DNA of 64,000 bases from Anthoceros angustus (lineage: Eukaryota; Plantae; Anthocerotophyta): positions 1 through 64,000 of the forward strand of contig VJWM01000297.1 in assembly GCA_010909165.1 (NCBI GenBank), given 5' to 3'. The notes under the pieces are model-generated. The model was not told the DNA's origin and made no database searches. It saw only the letters and a program-made list of their open reading frames with translations. A program made the position numbers and the translations under genes. Shown here piece by piece: positions 1-13,109 of the stretch. Every line of letters starts with the position of its first letter. The first letter of the stretch is position 1.

Positions 1-631
1 ATTTCGTCCAAGTCCTCGGCTTCATCAATTGGTTGCCAAGAATGATCTTTGTACAAGCCAATCAAGCCAAGTGGTCGTGAAAATTACGTTTTCAATCAGA
101 TAATTATACTTAATTTCCTAAATAAGGTGAGTATCATTTCTAAGTATTTGCTATGATTATTTCGTGTTTTCTAGTATCTAATCACGGTTTGTGTCTTTGT
201 TTCGTTTTGTTTGTAGGTTCCATTGTTGTTGAAGTAGAGTTCAATCTAGCGAGTTCAATCTATCGGTATTTACTCTTCATTAGTTGAATTTGTATTTCAT
301 GCCATTACGGATATACTGAAACTCCAAAGAAAAGGTTTCTTTGTTGGTTTTGTATATCCCGGATCCGCATGAATATTATTTAATGAAAATGTTTTTGTCG
401 ATTAGCGATTTTGGTGGGATTTCTAGAATGAGCTTCTAGACCCAATGGTATTCACTTTCGTCATGTTTTCTACTCTAGTGCTCTATTTTCTACCTTGATG
501 GTAGATGATTTTACCCACTTGTATGGTTCATTTGTTTTTGTACCTTGATGGTAGATGATTTTCTACTATAATGAATTTTACTCTCTGGGTAAAATAATGA
601 CCAAAAGGTCAATTTTCTCTCTAAAAATTTA

Positions 632-790
632 CACTACGAAAAAACCAGGCTGAGGCGCGTCGAGGCCCAGACGAGGCGCGACTTTCACGCTGTAGTGGCG
701 CGTTCACAACCGCAGCTGGTTGACTCAACCACTGGGCGGGCCCCGCCCAAGACGCGTCTTGTCGTGACTACCAGTGTCACCGGCTTCCGG
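632..790. repeat. CACTA-like terminal motif followed by a GC-rich cluster of short palindromes
   Basis: CACTACGAAAAAA starts at 632, at an abrupt AT-rich to GC-rich transition. It is followed by ggttga-c-tcaacc, tgggcggg-c-cccgccca, aagacgcgtctt and recurring ggcgcg motifs. No matching second terminus was found. Confidence 0.35.
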
Positions 791-1054
791 ATGGGGTCTC
801 CGAGGGTCGGTCTTCCCACACACACGCGCACAGACTCACATCTACTCTAATTCATTCCTAGGGGAGTCCGTGCTCAGAACTTCCCGGGAATTAGGCACTC
901 TGATCAGGAATACCGCGACGACTCGCCCGGTGTCGACCCCTACTGATCTCACTCCTCGCTTTCCCCCCCCTCTTTCTATTACTCCGCGTTTCCTCAAAAC
1001 GCAACCACAATTTCCCTTACCACAGCATACTCACCCTCTTCTTCCGAGAACCTC

Positions 1055-2900
1055 TCACCGCACATGAATACCCATCTCTCCTCCCAGCCACCAGACCTCA
1101 CCACGGGCCACACGGACCCCTCTCCTCATAGAATTAAACACGTTCATGGGCGCTTGTTGGAAGGAGGGATGGGGAACGTGATCGATGCTTGGGCGATTCA
1201 CTCGTTGCGATCTCACCCCGACTTTCCGCAGCACCCTTGCCCCTTCTCGGCGCATGTTGGGCGCCTCACCATTCAACTTGTCGGACGTGGAGCTTGGCCA
1301 CCCGCCTCGACTATCCAGGATCTTCCGGTCTTCTGTACGAGAAGGTCGCCCCGGGCTCCCTTTGATCGACGCGTCCCAATCAACCCACCGAGGATTCGAT
1401 ACGAGTTCACACCAAATCGTCTCTTTGAGAGACACCCAAAGGGCCTCTTATACATCCGGTGGTCCAACACACCTCTCTTTAGGGTCTAAAATTGTAGCTC
1501 CTACCACGAGCGCCTACCAATCTAAGCAACAACTCTCACGGTGATGGAACTCCCTATCCCTCGCCCGAAAAGGAAACCGGTCCTAGCGACTCCCCTAAAA
1601 TCAGTATGCCCTCACATTGGCCTGCCCCTATGGCCCATGGGGACCCCTCTCGCTCTTGGCCTCGCCTCATCCGAGCAATTTTCCCCACAACCTCCACCTC
1701 ACTCTCCTTTGAGTTTCCTCGCGCCTTCCGCGGACGTTGCACGCCTGACCTCTATGTCGTTCCCGCTCCTCCTCATTGGACATACCGTGCTCCTCCCTCC
1801 ATGCTCGGCCTCCGCCACTAGGGTTGTAAACTCCCACAGTCCGCACGTCCTGCTTTCTGCACCGTGGTGGAACTAGCCACCTCCCCTTGACTACTCAGCT
1901 GGCATATTGTGAGCATCCCTAGCATATATAGACACCTTTTATTCTAAAAATTCCCAATACCCAAGGACTCTATTTCCTCCCACCCGGGTCAAACCTAAGG
2001 ATCGAAAAATTATTATCTCCAAGGGCCAAGGACCATTCAGATAAAAGACGACTCGGGGCGATTCTCAAAGCACTTTGCTATTCACACATCCAAAACAAAA
2101 AAATCGTTCATCCGACACTTGGGAGCGGGGTTAGTGCACATGGTCTTCCTGCTATCACGGCGTTTGATGCCTTCTAGGATGCACAGATAGGTTGGGAGAA
2201 TGTTAAGCGCTTTGTGCATCACTACCTATACTCACCCAAGCTCCTGAGCTAGAGCCACTGTCCCTCTGACCATAGAGTAATGGGTCCCCGAGGATGAGAT
2301 ACGCCCGACAAGCCACTTGCTGCAGTTGCATTTACAAGCAAACTCTCCCCTTGCCGGAAAGTGATTGGGCCTGGCAGATGCACTCCGATTTCATTTTTCG
2401 CCCAAACCACGCTGGGAGAGTGTGTAGTTGAAAATCCATCATGATTGGTTTGTCCAAGTCTTGGCATGTAGATCTGGTGAGAGGTCCCCTACTCCTTGAG
2501 AAGTAGGTCAAGTTTGCCAACACCAGCATCACCTTTGCCTCAATGGCAAGGTGTAGGTCAGAAGAGCAATCGACAAGCATAAGCTCGCAGAGTTATGATT
2601 GAGCAGGCTTGAACCAATTGATGTTCAATCAGCGAAGGAGGATTGACTGGGATTGAAGAGACAAACTTGGGACATCAAGCAGTGACAAGTGCACACACAA
2701 TACTGGTTGGGTGACGATCATTATATGCGTAGGGATCCAAGTTTAGTGGTCGGCTTGGACCTTAACTTACGAGATTTCAAGCTTTACTATGGGAATATTG
2801 TGCCTGAGATGCGCCTCAAACATGGTGCTAATTTCTCATTACAATATGTCTTTGAACACTTGGCCCGATGCCTAGCTGCTGCAACTATATGGTTGGGGGG
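1055..2900 (-). mobile_element. Degenerate L1-like LINE fragment (RT C-terminal region to RNase H)
   Basis: ORF 2332-2580 LHLAIEAKVMLVLANLTY...TCQDLDKPIMMDF resembles the post-RT segment of plant L1 (LSLAGRVTLIKSVL...CKKLDKIIRDFLW). ORF 1055-1435 WDASIKGSPG...DSRGGWPSSTSDKLNGEAPN resembles the RVT_3 RNase H start. The fragment has many stops and frameshifts. Confidence 0.7.
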
Positions 2901-4136
2901 ACTCATTTAGCACAAAAGAGAAGGGCAGGTTAACTTATGGTATTTAAGTCTCACCAAGTATGGAAGGAGACAAACGAGGTGTTTGTTTTATAGCGGAAGA
3001 CTATTACACACAAACTTGTACAAGTAATGAATGAATTAATCTCAAACAAAAGTTGTTCATAAGTACATCGTCTTGTAACCCTAAAATGAATAGTCCCATA
3101 TTTAACTTTAATATACTTAACCATAGGCAGGTTAACCTACTAACCCTAACACGAGGGAAGTTTTTCAGACCACAGTCCATTTAAATTTGTGAGAGTCTCA
3201 TGCCTCCTACACAATCAACCAGACCCGCCAAAGATGCCAAGTTGTTAGTTCTCAAACTCTATTACATGTATAACAAGGCAAGTGTGGGCTTTGCCAGAAC
3301 TTAAAAAACAGATGTCAATATGCTTGTTTCGCACTATTACAAAGGTAAGCGAGATTTTTCAAATTCCACGTTTTATTGCATACAAATTGTCTATCCCATG
3401 AGAGAAGCTGCAAGGTAAGACTTAGCCACATACAAAAGTGCAATAATTGTGATTACCAAGAGCCTGAATCCATCATGTTGAGGCATATATTCATACTATA
3501 GGGGATAATTGGTTAGGCGATTTGTAATAGTCTACTTAGGAATGATCTGCACTCCTTCGTCTTGAAAGAGTAATGGGATCACCAATCGACATATAGGGAT
3601 AAATACCAATTACAAGTCAACAGTCGCTCAACTAAGTAGCATTTGCAGTTAGAACGCTGTAGAAAGGAGAAAGCATTTTCCAAATACCAAGCTTTCTAGA
3701 AGACTTGGGCTAGGCAAGTTGGCAATCCTTACGCTTAGGAGCCTACTAGTGCTAGAGCTACTCCAAGGCAACATCAGCAATTTAAGACTTCTTCTCCCCT
3801 TGATAATTGTAATTAATTTATTTGATAATGATCTAAATTAAAGAAGGTCAAATCTTATCTTGGAAAATATAAAAAATCAAGTAATTAAATTAAATACAAT
3901 ATCGGATTCCAACGCCTGGAATTCGCACGTGGAACCGTTTGCTAAACCTACCGATGACGCAGCCAACAGGCTCGACGGGCAAGTTGGGCTGACTGTCACA
4001 TGTCCTGGTCATTCATCCCAACTGGAACTCCCTGCTCGAATTTTCGATGACGCCACCTGTTCGTGCTTGAAGACAAGCTCATTGTTGCAGCGGGGACTTG
4101 CATATGGAATGAGGCAGACAGGACGGTAAGGAGGAG

Positions 4137-6100
4137 ATGCCGCAACCTTCTGTGGTGCTGGCCACAGCAGGTTATGACCACACCATCCGCTTTTGGGAGG
4201 CCACCAGCGGGCGCAACTACAAAACCCTGCAGTACCCCGACTCTGTATGTGCTCTCACTCCTGCACAATATGCTCGATCTCCTAACAGCTCTCCAATTAC
4301 TGGCTTACGCTCACGCTTGCACTGCGCGTCTTCTGGATGCAGCAAGTGAACAAGCTTGAAATCACGCCTAACAAGCAGTTTCTAGCAGCTGCTGGCAACC
4401 CACATATTCGCCTGTACGAGGTGAACTCCAATTTGCTTCCTCCGGTGAGTAAAAATTTCTGTCGACAATGATTGCTTTCTTGGGCTGTTTGTAGCTGGGG
4501 CGGATGTACCGGTGGTCTTTGATGAGCTGAACTGCGCATCTGCAATCGGCACAATGTTGGGATCCCCAGCTGGTCTCTCGTTTACGTTTTTCTCCCGCCC
4601 TGGAAAACTGCTCTTTAGGTCTTAACCTACGAGCACTCCAACAACGTTACAGCTGTGGGGTTCCAGTGTGATGGGAAATGGATGTACTCCGGGTCAGAGG
4701 ATGGCACCGTCAAAATCTGGGATCTCCGGTATTTACAGCCGCTGTGTTGTTTCGGTTTATCTGTTTGGACTGCTTGGTTGGACAGGTGGTGTTGTCGCCT
4801 TGTCTGTCATTCCCTAACATTACTCCTGTGGGATAACTTCAGTGCCCCAGGATGTCAAAGAGAGTATGAGAGCCGAGCGGCCGTTAACACGGTTGTGCTT
4901 CACCCTAACCAGGTACAATATCCGTGAGTCGTGAGACACATCTTCCAGCATTTTCCAGTCTAGCATCAGCTTGGCAATGCATCGCACTGCTATTACGTTT
5001 TTTGAATGTATTATCGTTTTGAATAATCGGATAGATATCGTTTCTGCAGCAAGAGTTGATTTCTGGAGATCAAAATGGGAACATTAGAGTTTGGGATCTT
5101 ACAGCCAACTCTTGCAGCTTCGAGCTGGTGCGTTTTGAGAGGATTCTTTCTCTCAGTTCGTAGTCATTATCCTTGAACGTCATTCAACAATCTAGTTTGC
5201 TGGGTGGGTTAATGTGATTAACGGTCTGTGTTTACCAGGTACCAGAGGTGGACACTGCTGTTAGGTCCTTAACAGTGATGTGGGATGGCAGCTTGGTTGT
5301 TGCAGCTAATAACAGTGGTGTATGCTATGTATGGAGCCTTTTACGTGGCAATCAGGTCAGCAAGTAGCTTGGTCTTCGTCATCTACCACTTTCTCCCTCT
5401 GTCTCCCAGAATCCACCTTGGCTAAAGTAAATGACAAAATTGCCACGGCTCTCCTGCAGATGATGACTCATTTTGAGCCGCTACAAAAGCTCCAGGCGCA
5501 CAACTCCTACATTCTGAAGTGTCTTCTGTCACCGGAATACTGCGAGTCAAACCGGTGTGCCTCCCTACCTGCATTTCGGGATTTCCTGGTGAATCTGTCA
5601 GTGTTGCTGATCACCACTGACCAAACTGGCTGAACTCATCCGTAGCTACCTAGCTACAACATCTTCTGACAAGACCGTGAAGATTTGGAATGTTGAAGGG
5701 TTCAAACTGGAGCGCACACTAGAGGGTAAGGTTGTCTCGTTTGGGGTTTTCCATCAGCGAGCAGGCAACGTCTTTCACAATTCCTCAATGGTGCCTTATC
5801 TAGCTCTGTTTGCAGGTCATCAAAGGTGGGTCTGGGATTGTGTCTTCTCGGTCGATGGCGCTTTCCTTGTCACAGGTATTTACGTCGTCTTGAAAGGAAA
5901 GTTTAATCCACCAATTTTGCAAGATCAACTCTCCAGTCTCGACGTTTTGATTCTTTGCTGTTTGGTTATCAGCGTCATCTGACGCAACAGCCAGGCTCTG
6001 GGAGATACAAACAGGGGAGGCTATACGGACCTATCACGGCCATCTCAAGGCCACAGTTTGTTGTGCTCTCCATGACGGCACGGAACCACCCTCTGGATAG
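4137..6100 (+). CDS. LST8: Target of rapamycin complex subunit LST8 (WD40), multi-exon
   Basis: Exons read [102 protein letters not shown]...[14 protein letters not shown]. Introns are GT-AG and the stop is TAG at 6098-6100. Confidence 0.97.
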
Positions 6101-6416
6101 CTTGTTCATCATGTAGGATTTTGTACAGGAGGTCTCTCAGCGTGTTGCTTAGGATTCCTCGTTCTAAGACGGTCCTCAGCCAGTACTTACATTTTCACAG
6201 AACTGTTTTCTGCCAACTACTGGGTTTTGTTAAGAGGGGGCTGATAATCTTTAAACTGCAATGTCGGAGAATGAATTGAGCGGGATTGTTCTCCTCAAGA
6301 TATTTAAACTATTTGAACTGACAACGGTACACGTTCTTCACAGACTTAATTTACAAGACGCTAGTTGTTTGCATCCAAAGAAAGAAACCGTCTCACCCCA
6401 GAGACTTCAGCTTTAG

Positions 6417-8635
6417 CTAGAACAGGTTGCTAGGCGAGTCACCTAGCAGCCTGTTAATGGTCCCCTGTAGGAGGAGTTTCTTCATGTATCTGTACCTCGT
6501 TGTCAGTTGAAGAAGCTTGGCATGTGAGCTCTCACAATCCAAGCCTGACACACAATCTCCCTCCAGCAGTCGTTCATCTTCCTCTATCGTCGAGGGCATG
6601 GACTGGAGTACCTGCAAGCACCGAGCAGCGATTGATGTCTCTGCGATGAGCTTGGGCCTCTGCGCAGGGTCACTTGTTGAAAACACTGGAACTAACTGGA
6701 CGGTGCAACGTGTCCATTCCGCTACACTCTCCACAGGCTTGTTCTCCCTGAGGCAGCTGAAGAAGGTTCTCAAGGCCACCGAAATATCTCCCAAGGAGTA
6801 ATCCTCAACAACCGTTGGGGTAAAGGTGGACTCCGCAACAGCTGTAAGTGCACCCAGAAGGCTGGGGTCTATTATACCCCTGGTATAGATCGATGGAGAC
6901 GGACTATATGGCAGAAATTGGAATCCAAAGTCTGCCCAATGATTGATAAGGTGCACCCATTCCTTGCTCTGTCCTGAAGAACCGTCACCTATGCTATCCA
7001 GTGTTTGACTCACTTTTAGCCAGATCATAAGCCATTGTTGCCCGCTGCATGTGTTCGATGCGGGTTGACTCTTGAGCCCTTGTCCACAACTCGTACTCCA
7101 AAGCTGCAAAAACCATCTTACGCTCTCCTGCAAGATACGATTTCGGCCGTGCATTCCCTTTTCAGACCTACAAGGAACAGACCGACCACTCTCTAACTAC
7201 CAAGGACCGAGCGGGCCTCCTCTTATCTTGTCTGATGTCATGTTGTACCTACCTCAAAAGACGGAAAGATTTGAGCCGTGTCCCAAGGATTATCTTCAAG
7301 CACAAAACCTGGAAAAGCAAAAACCGATAGGAAGTACTCACTAATCATTTCCACTACCGCGTAAACGACCATTGGTGCAACAAACAAGTATCAGTTACCG
7401 TAGTAGAGAAACAGATTGTCATTTGATCTTGGTCCAAACGATGCGAAAAGCTGCTCTCCCTTCCTCATATGTCGTCTGGCAACTATATCGAGCTTACCAT
7501 GCCAAGCCGGTTCAGACGACCAGTCTGCCTGCAACCCTCTCCGCAAGTAGCTTTAGTTTGATAGTTTACATTGCAGTGGCACATTTGGAATAAATTCTAA
7601 ACTCGGACCTGGTAGTGATAGTGATGGTTGATCATGTCCATGAATGGCATTAGCACATAGGGAGCATACTCCTCATCATCAGTAACGGGGAGTGTGAACG
7701 CACGACTGTGAACAATTGTGGCAGCCCACCCTACAACAACAGTACATTAAATCGGGATGCTTCAGTAGGCTCTAGAAACTGTCACCGGTCACTGAATTGA
7801 GAGTAACAAGGACGTCAAAAATGCTTACGGAACTCCTCGAAGGTCGACCATGCAGTTACTTCATCGTCCAGCAGAGCGTAGCTCTCCTTTATTGACTTGC
7901 GAACCTGCACAAGTTCTCGTAAGAGTGGCCACCATTGCACTTCATGTAGTTCCTGAAACATGAACAGGACACCAGGTCATGTCGCCAAAGGGAAGATGAG
8001 AAGAATGAAGAAAGCTTATGACACTATATTTCAGGCATACACAATTGGTACATTTGATTTCAAGTTGATCGGTGTTGGCACTCTTGATGGTAGGGCTCTG
8101 ATATATGGAGCCCATCTTGAGGACTCGCCTAGAGCCCTGAAGCACATGGCAACCACAGTTAACACCGGTTCGACCAAAAGCCCTACCAGCCCTCAAAACG
8201 GTTAGGGGTCACAGGAAGACAACCTTTCTTGAAGGAGTCGAGCTGCCGCCCGATCCCAACCATCAAGCACATGCATTGACTCCTTGTCATACAGCCCCAT
8301 GTTCAGCTGCCACACGAGACAAATGGAGAGCTATCAGCGATAACGAGAATCAGCAGAGACGTCAGAGGCAGCTGTTCTGTATTGAAGCAGCACTCTGCCA
8401 AGGATCTTACACATCTCGCAAAAACTCATTCTGCCTATCTGGCACAGCAAATAGGATGATGGCTCACAGGTAAAGACGATAATGTGTCACCCTGTGAGAT
8501 ATCCTCAACAGCAACAACTCCTCGCACTTTCCTGTTTTCATCAGTGATTCCCTCTCGCTTTCCCTCCACATTGATGTCCACAATGGCCAGCTTTTTCGAG
8601 ATAGTAAAATTATGTTCTTCACACCAGCTCAAGAA
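6417..8635 (-). CDS. SET-domain + Rubisco-LSMT substrate-binding module 2 (SETD3/LSMT-like protein methyltransferase)
   Basis: Exons read FLSWCEEHNF...RGVVAVEDISQGDTLSSLP, GWDRAAARLLQER, SSRWAPYIRALPSRVPTP, WAATIVHSRAF...LMPFMDMINH. The terminal exon has RCLQVLQSMPSTIEEDERLL...RYRYMKKLLLQ (RBS domain) and the stop is at 6417. Confidence 0.85.
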
Positions 8636-8774
8636 CTGTTCAAAATGTAAGAGATTAATAAATGTCTCTTTTAGCTCTGTCCAGACCCCTGGATGTACAT
8701 TAATCACAATCGAAGAACTTGATTAGTATGACAAAGCAGCAAAACTGAACAGGACTTCAAGACTTTCTGCTTAC

Positions 8775-11251
8775 CTCTTGAACATTTTCGCTCTCTGTCT
8801 CGACATCATCGGGAGGAGACCAGAGCTCAGTGTCCTCAGAAACACTCGACCCGCAGGACAGCTGGGAAACCATCTGCAGCAAGAGAAGTTTTTTGGTTGT
8901 CCGAAAGTTCACTGCCAGGTAGTCATTTTGACCAAGTTGCTCAATCTGCCATCTGCATGTTGGACAAGCTTGAGATGTGCCAATCCCTGCATAACCTTCC
9001 CATGACGCTGCTGCAAGCATGAGATAGTCCTCTCCCAAACTGGTTGGGTAGGAGTCCAGCAAAAATTGAAGCCGCCCTTGAATAGCTGCCATGGCAACCA
9101 GAAGAGCATCTTTCACATGTCTATCTTGTGATGGAAAGCGGTGGCAGCCTTGGGGTATGCTGGTACTGAGAGCTACACACGCTTTTGTCAACTCCTGAAG
9201 TCTTGAGTTCCATTCTATGCCTTCTCTGCCAGCTAAGTCACCAATTGCCACCCCATCAAAGCCCACCTGACTCTCACTTGAGAGATCAATCAGGTTCTTG
9301 GCAAAAGACAAAGCTGCAAATGTACATAGCATACGAGGATTGACAGAGCCATCTGCCCTTATGGCAAAGCCATCCATCGACTCAGTTCGTGTCCTGTTCA
9401 GATGCAACTCTGATTTCACTGCCCCAATCACATCTTGAACTACTGTGAGGGTCAAATACTTATTGCTGTTCAGACTGTCATCGGTTTCAATGTACCAATC
9501 CACCAGTTCCTGCCGAAGTGAAGGACAAGAGAAACTTGCATGAATAAGGAGAAAACAGAATTCTCCCCAGCAGAAAGCAAGGGTTTACAAGCTTCACAGA
9601 CGGTACGGTACCTTCAAGTCCTGAAAAATACATACTTCATTGTGTGGATTGTCTTTCGGTACAGAACCTGCCAGAAGCCCAATGTCAGACAACAAAACAC
9701 AGCTTCCAACGGAGAGATACCTTTGTCACAAACTAGACCACCAGAGAAGCTCACCACGGAAGACTAGCTCAGCTGCTGTGGATCTCACAGAGGTGCTCAG
9801 GGAAAGGGGCATTCCTTCCTCTACTCCTCCATTCGTCCTGAGAAGGACCTTGCCAGGAAGATAATCAGGATTCACTGCATGGAGATGAAGGAGAGGGGGT
9901 TGAGTGTTTGGATGATTGCAGAAGTCCTCAATTTAAAGAGTGGTCAATAAAAAATCGTTAGAAGACACTGCAGACAATACCTTGAGCTTCACCACCAGGA
10001 GAGCTAAGAAATGGTAGGATAAGATGCACAGGTCCATGAGCTATTTCCACCTTGCAAGCCGAGCTGTAGACAACAGAGAGTGCCCAGACTGGAACACATG
10101 CAAATAGGGACTTTAATACAAGAGTTAATGCAAGCGTCATGCAGCAAGTACCAGCTAACAACACACAGCTCCCACACTACCGTGACAGAGGATTCCAAAA
10201 ACTTCCGAGACTAAACCTTAACAGGGAACTAGACACACACATCATACCAAATTCATTAAACTTCACCCCTGGTATGTCATCTTCATGCAACACTTGATAT
10301 GCAGACTGAGCAAACTTTCTCATCGCATGTACCTCCTCGATTACAAATTGATCTTCAATGTTGTTCAGCTCCTGGCAATATTTGTTCCGTAGAAAGTGAG
10401 AACCTTGACAGAATCTTAGACCAGCTGCCTCTACGCTAAGGTTCAAGTCTGTCAAAATAGCGTACCAGATTTGAGAAAAACAAAGGTAGTGGGAAATAGC
10501 TTGGCAATAACTTGATAAATGGAGCCCATTGCGATGCTTCTCTAGCCCTGCATACATGTTTACGTGCCACATGTGTGTCTTGAAACAATCAAACAGGGAG
10601 GTAGGTTGGGCGGCAACTCCGCGACATTAAAATACCGTTCGCGAAGCAGCTTGGTGGCGAGCCGTATTTCCCACGGTGCTCCCACAAGTGACTTAGGGTC
10701 CTCGACTTCCAGAACATCAGAGATACAGGATGCCAGCTGCATGGCAAGGATGGTATCAGACAATGCTGAAAGAAAACTACAGACTGATTAATCGCTCCCA
10801 AAGAAATTCAAGCGATGACGGACAGGAAACTCCGCGATTGTCTCTTCCTTCCCCATGTCTTCTGCAGCGAAAGAGCCCAAGTGACAAAAGCTGTCCTTTT
10901 GTAGTCCACCAGGGGGGCACCAAGGTGTCTCGATTGAACGGAGAAAGAACTTCCGTGGAGCGCCATTGTCTCCTCCTGCTCTCCTGTGAGACCATTGGAT
11001 AAACTGCACCTCAAGGGAAGGACGTCACGTCCAAAACCTTGGGCACGCTTCAGCACTTTCACTCCAGGAGCTCATTAAAATCAGCTGTAGCTGACCTCTT
11101 CCAGGGACGAGTCTTCGCTAAATGCGGAGGGAGGCAGCTTGATTTTGTTGAGGCTTGACCAGCTCCTTAACCCCCAATTTCCGAGCGTCCGACGCTTTGT
11201 CCTCTCCAGATACCATCTCTTGGCAGATTCTCGCCGGTGGGAATAGTCCTC
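8775..11251 (-). CDS. SET-domain + Rubisco-LSMT substrate-binding module 1
   Basis: Exons read FIQWSH...FAAEDMGKEETIAEFP, APWEIRLATKLLRER, ASQWAPFIKLLPSYFPLP, VLLRTNGGVEEGMPLSLS, GSVPKDNPHNE, and LQFLLDSYPTSLGEDYLML...FRTTKKLLL (RBS). The 5' exon boundaries are uncertain. Confidence 0.8.
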
Positions 11252-11572
11252 CTGCAATGGAATCGGAGCTCAGCGTGAAGTGGGTGGAAACGCGTACTGG
11301 ATACAGGAACGAACAATTCAGCTAAGATCGATCTACATTTTCTGCCGCTTGGATCCGTTCAATCCTCAGTCAAATCCACGCTCGCAAGGGAGAGTGGCCG
11401 CAACACGTCCCCTTTGCAAGCGCTGAACGGACAAAAAGAACAGCAAACCGAATCCCAAAAATGCATCTGATAAGCTTCTTCAAATCACGCCAGCAACATC
11501 ACGCCAATGCAAACATGGCAACAACTTTTATCCTCGGATCAACGCGGCAGGTGATTCCGTCAGCTTCATTAC

Positions 11573-11686
11573 CGGAAGCGGAGCGGTACAAAGGGAAGCG
11601 GACGCAGATGCCAGCGGACACAGGAGAAGCAGCAAGAAGAAGAAGAAGAATGGCCGCGGGGGCCCTGACGAAGCTGCCATAGCCAT
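11573..11686 (-). CDS. Possible first exon encoding a signal-peptide-like N-terminus
   Basis: MAMAASSGPPRPFFFFFLLLLLCPLASASASLCTAPLP is followed by a CCG|gtaatg donor. Linkage to the SET gene was not demonstrated. Confidence 0.4.
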
Positions 11687-13109
11687 CCGCCTGCTGGCTT
11701 CAGCACAGCAATGCGTGCTGGTCCGGATCGAGGGGGATTGAAAGGAGTCACAGCACAGCCCATCCAAGCCATCCAAGGTCGCAGTCACCAGATTTGCTTC
11801 CGACTCGCTAAGCAAATCTTTCCATAATAATGTTAGCATCTACAAACACGTGCATTTCTGTTTAAGTACATACTTCTATGTACATATGTACATAGCGGGA
11901 CACGCTAGAGGGAGCAGATCGGCTGGCCAGACGTAGGACCCGCCACCTCCTTGGCATGGTGGTCCATGTCACCAGCTTCTCCCCTCTCTCTTTCCATCCC
12001 CGCGTACGCCACTTTCCGCCCTTGTTGTACATCGCTGGCTACCGGCACGGGCGTCAGTCTTTTCATTTCGAATAGGGTTTGCGGCCTTGCCTTACTGCGA
12101 GGAATGAGTGTTGGTGAGCATGTCGCCTCTGCCAGCAGCTCACCGTGCGTTGTGAGTGTGGAAGTAGGGAATCGCTCCTCCCCATGGAAGGCAAGCTGCA
12201 CTCCAGAGGCGGAGGGAGGGAGATATGGGTAGGATGAGGTATGTTTTGCTCTCTTCCGATTGTCCGCTGAGGTTATTGCCACAACAGGACGTCATGCACC
12301 TTGTCATGCAGTAAAAGCGACAACCATTTCTTCGTCACACCAGGTGCCGAACTGTGCTTGATTGTAACAGATTGCTACATGAGAGCGCCAGGATAAAACA
12401 TCCCTGGCGCTGGATGCTGAACATCGAAGGGTTGCCGTTATTCCAATTGCTAGCAATCCCCTTAGAAAGAGGGAGCTTGGCTAGCCGTGTACAGGGCTTG
12501 TTGTTGGTACCTTCGTTTGCTTCTTGTTGAAGCAATACATACAATGAGGAAAGTGGCGTATGGGGAGGAAAGAGAGTGAGCGGAAACTCGCTCGAGGGAG
12601 AACCCGCTCGCGGGAGTCCGGGCGCGCCCTCCCGAAAGGAGGACCAATGGTGCTTACAGTAATTGTTCCGTGCTTGGAACTCCGAAAGTCTTGTCCAAAA
12701 CGTATCCTACAGTTTTATGTAGGTATTGCAATTCTGAGTGGTTTGCCGAGGCCGGGCACGCATTTCAGATAGTCGCTGTGCTGCGTTCGGGATCGCGTGT
12801 CAGAGAGCCGATGTGCTGCATTCTGTCGCGCTCATGAGACATCTTGACCCGATTCCATCGGGCCTCCAATTGAGAGGAGGTCCACTAGTACTGGACGGAG
12901 GGGAAAGAGGGCAAAGGACAAAATTAGATGATCAGGGGGAGATGGAGAGAAGAGGGAAGGAGGAGGAGAAGGGCAACTTAGCTCATGCCTGTGCCAGACT
13001 GGTCCTTGGCATCTCGCCATCAGTACTGGACAGGGGGAGTACAGAAGTTAGATGAGCGGGGGAGATGGAGAGGAGGGGAGGAGGAGGAGCCTGCCCTGCC
13101 TGCTGGGCG

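Noticed and set aside
491-562. 22-bp direct repeat taccttgatggtagatgatttt (491 and 541)
   Set aside because: Only two copies, an ordinary local duplication.
3380-3470. Possible SWIM zinc-finger remnant
   Set aside because: The Cys/His spacing is wrong and there is no other MULE sequence nearby.
11905-12282. 125-aa minus-strand ORF
   Set aside because: No recognisable motif or splice linkage.
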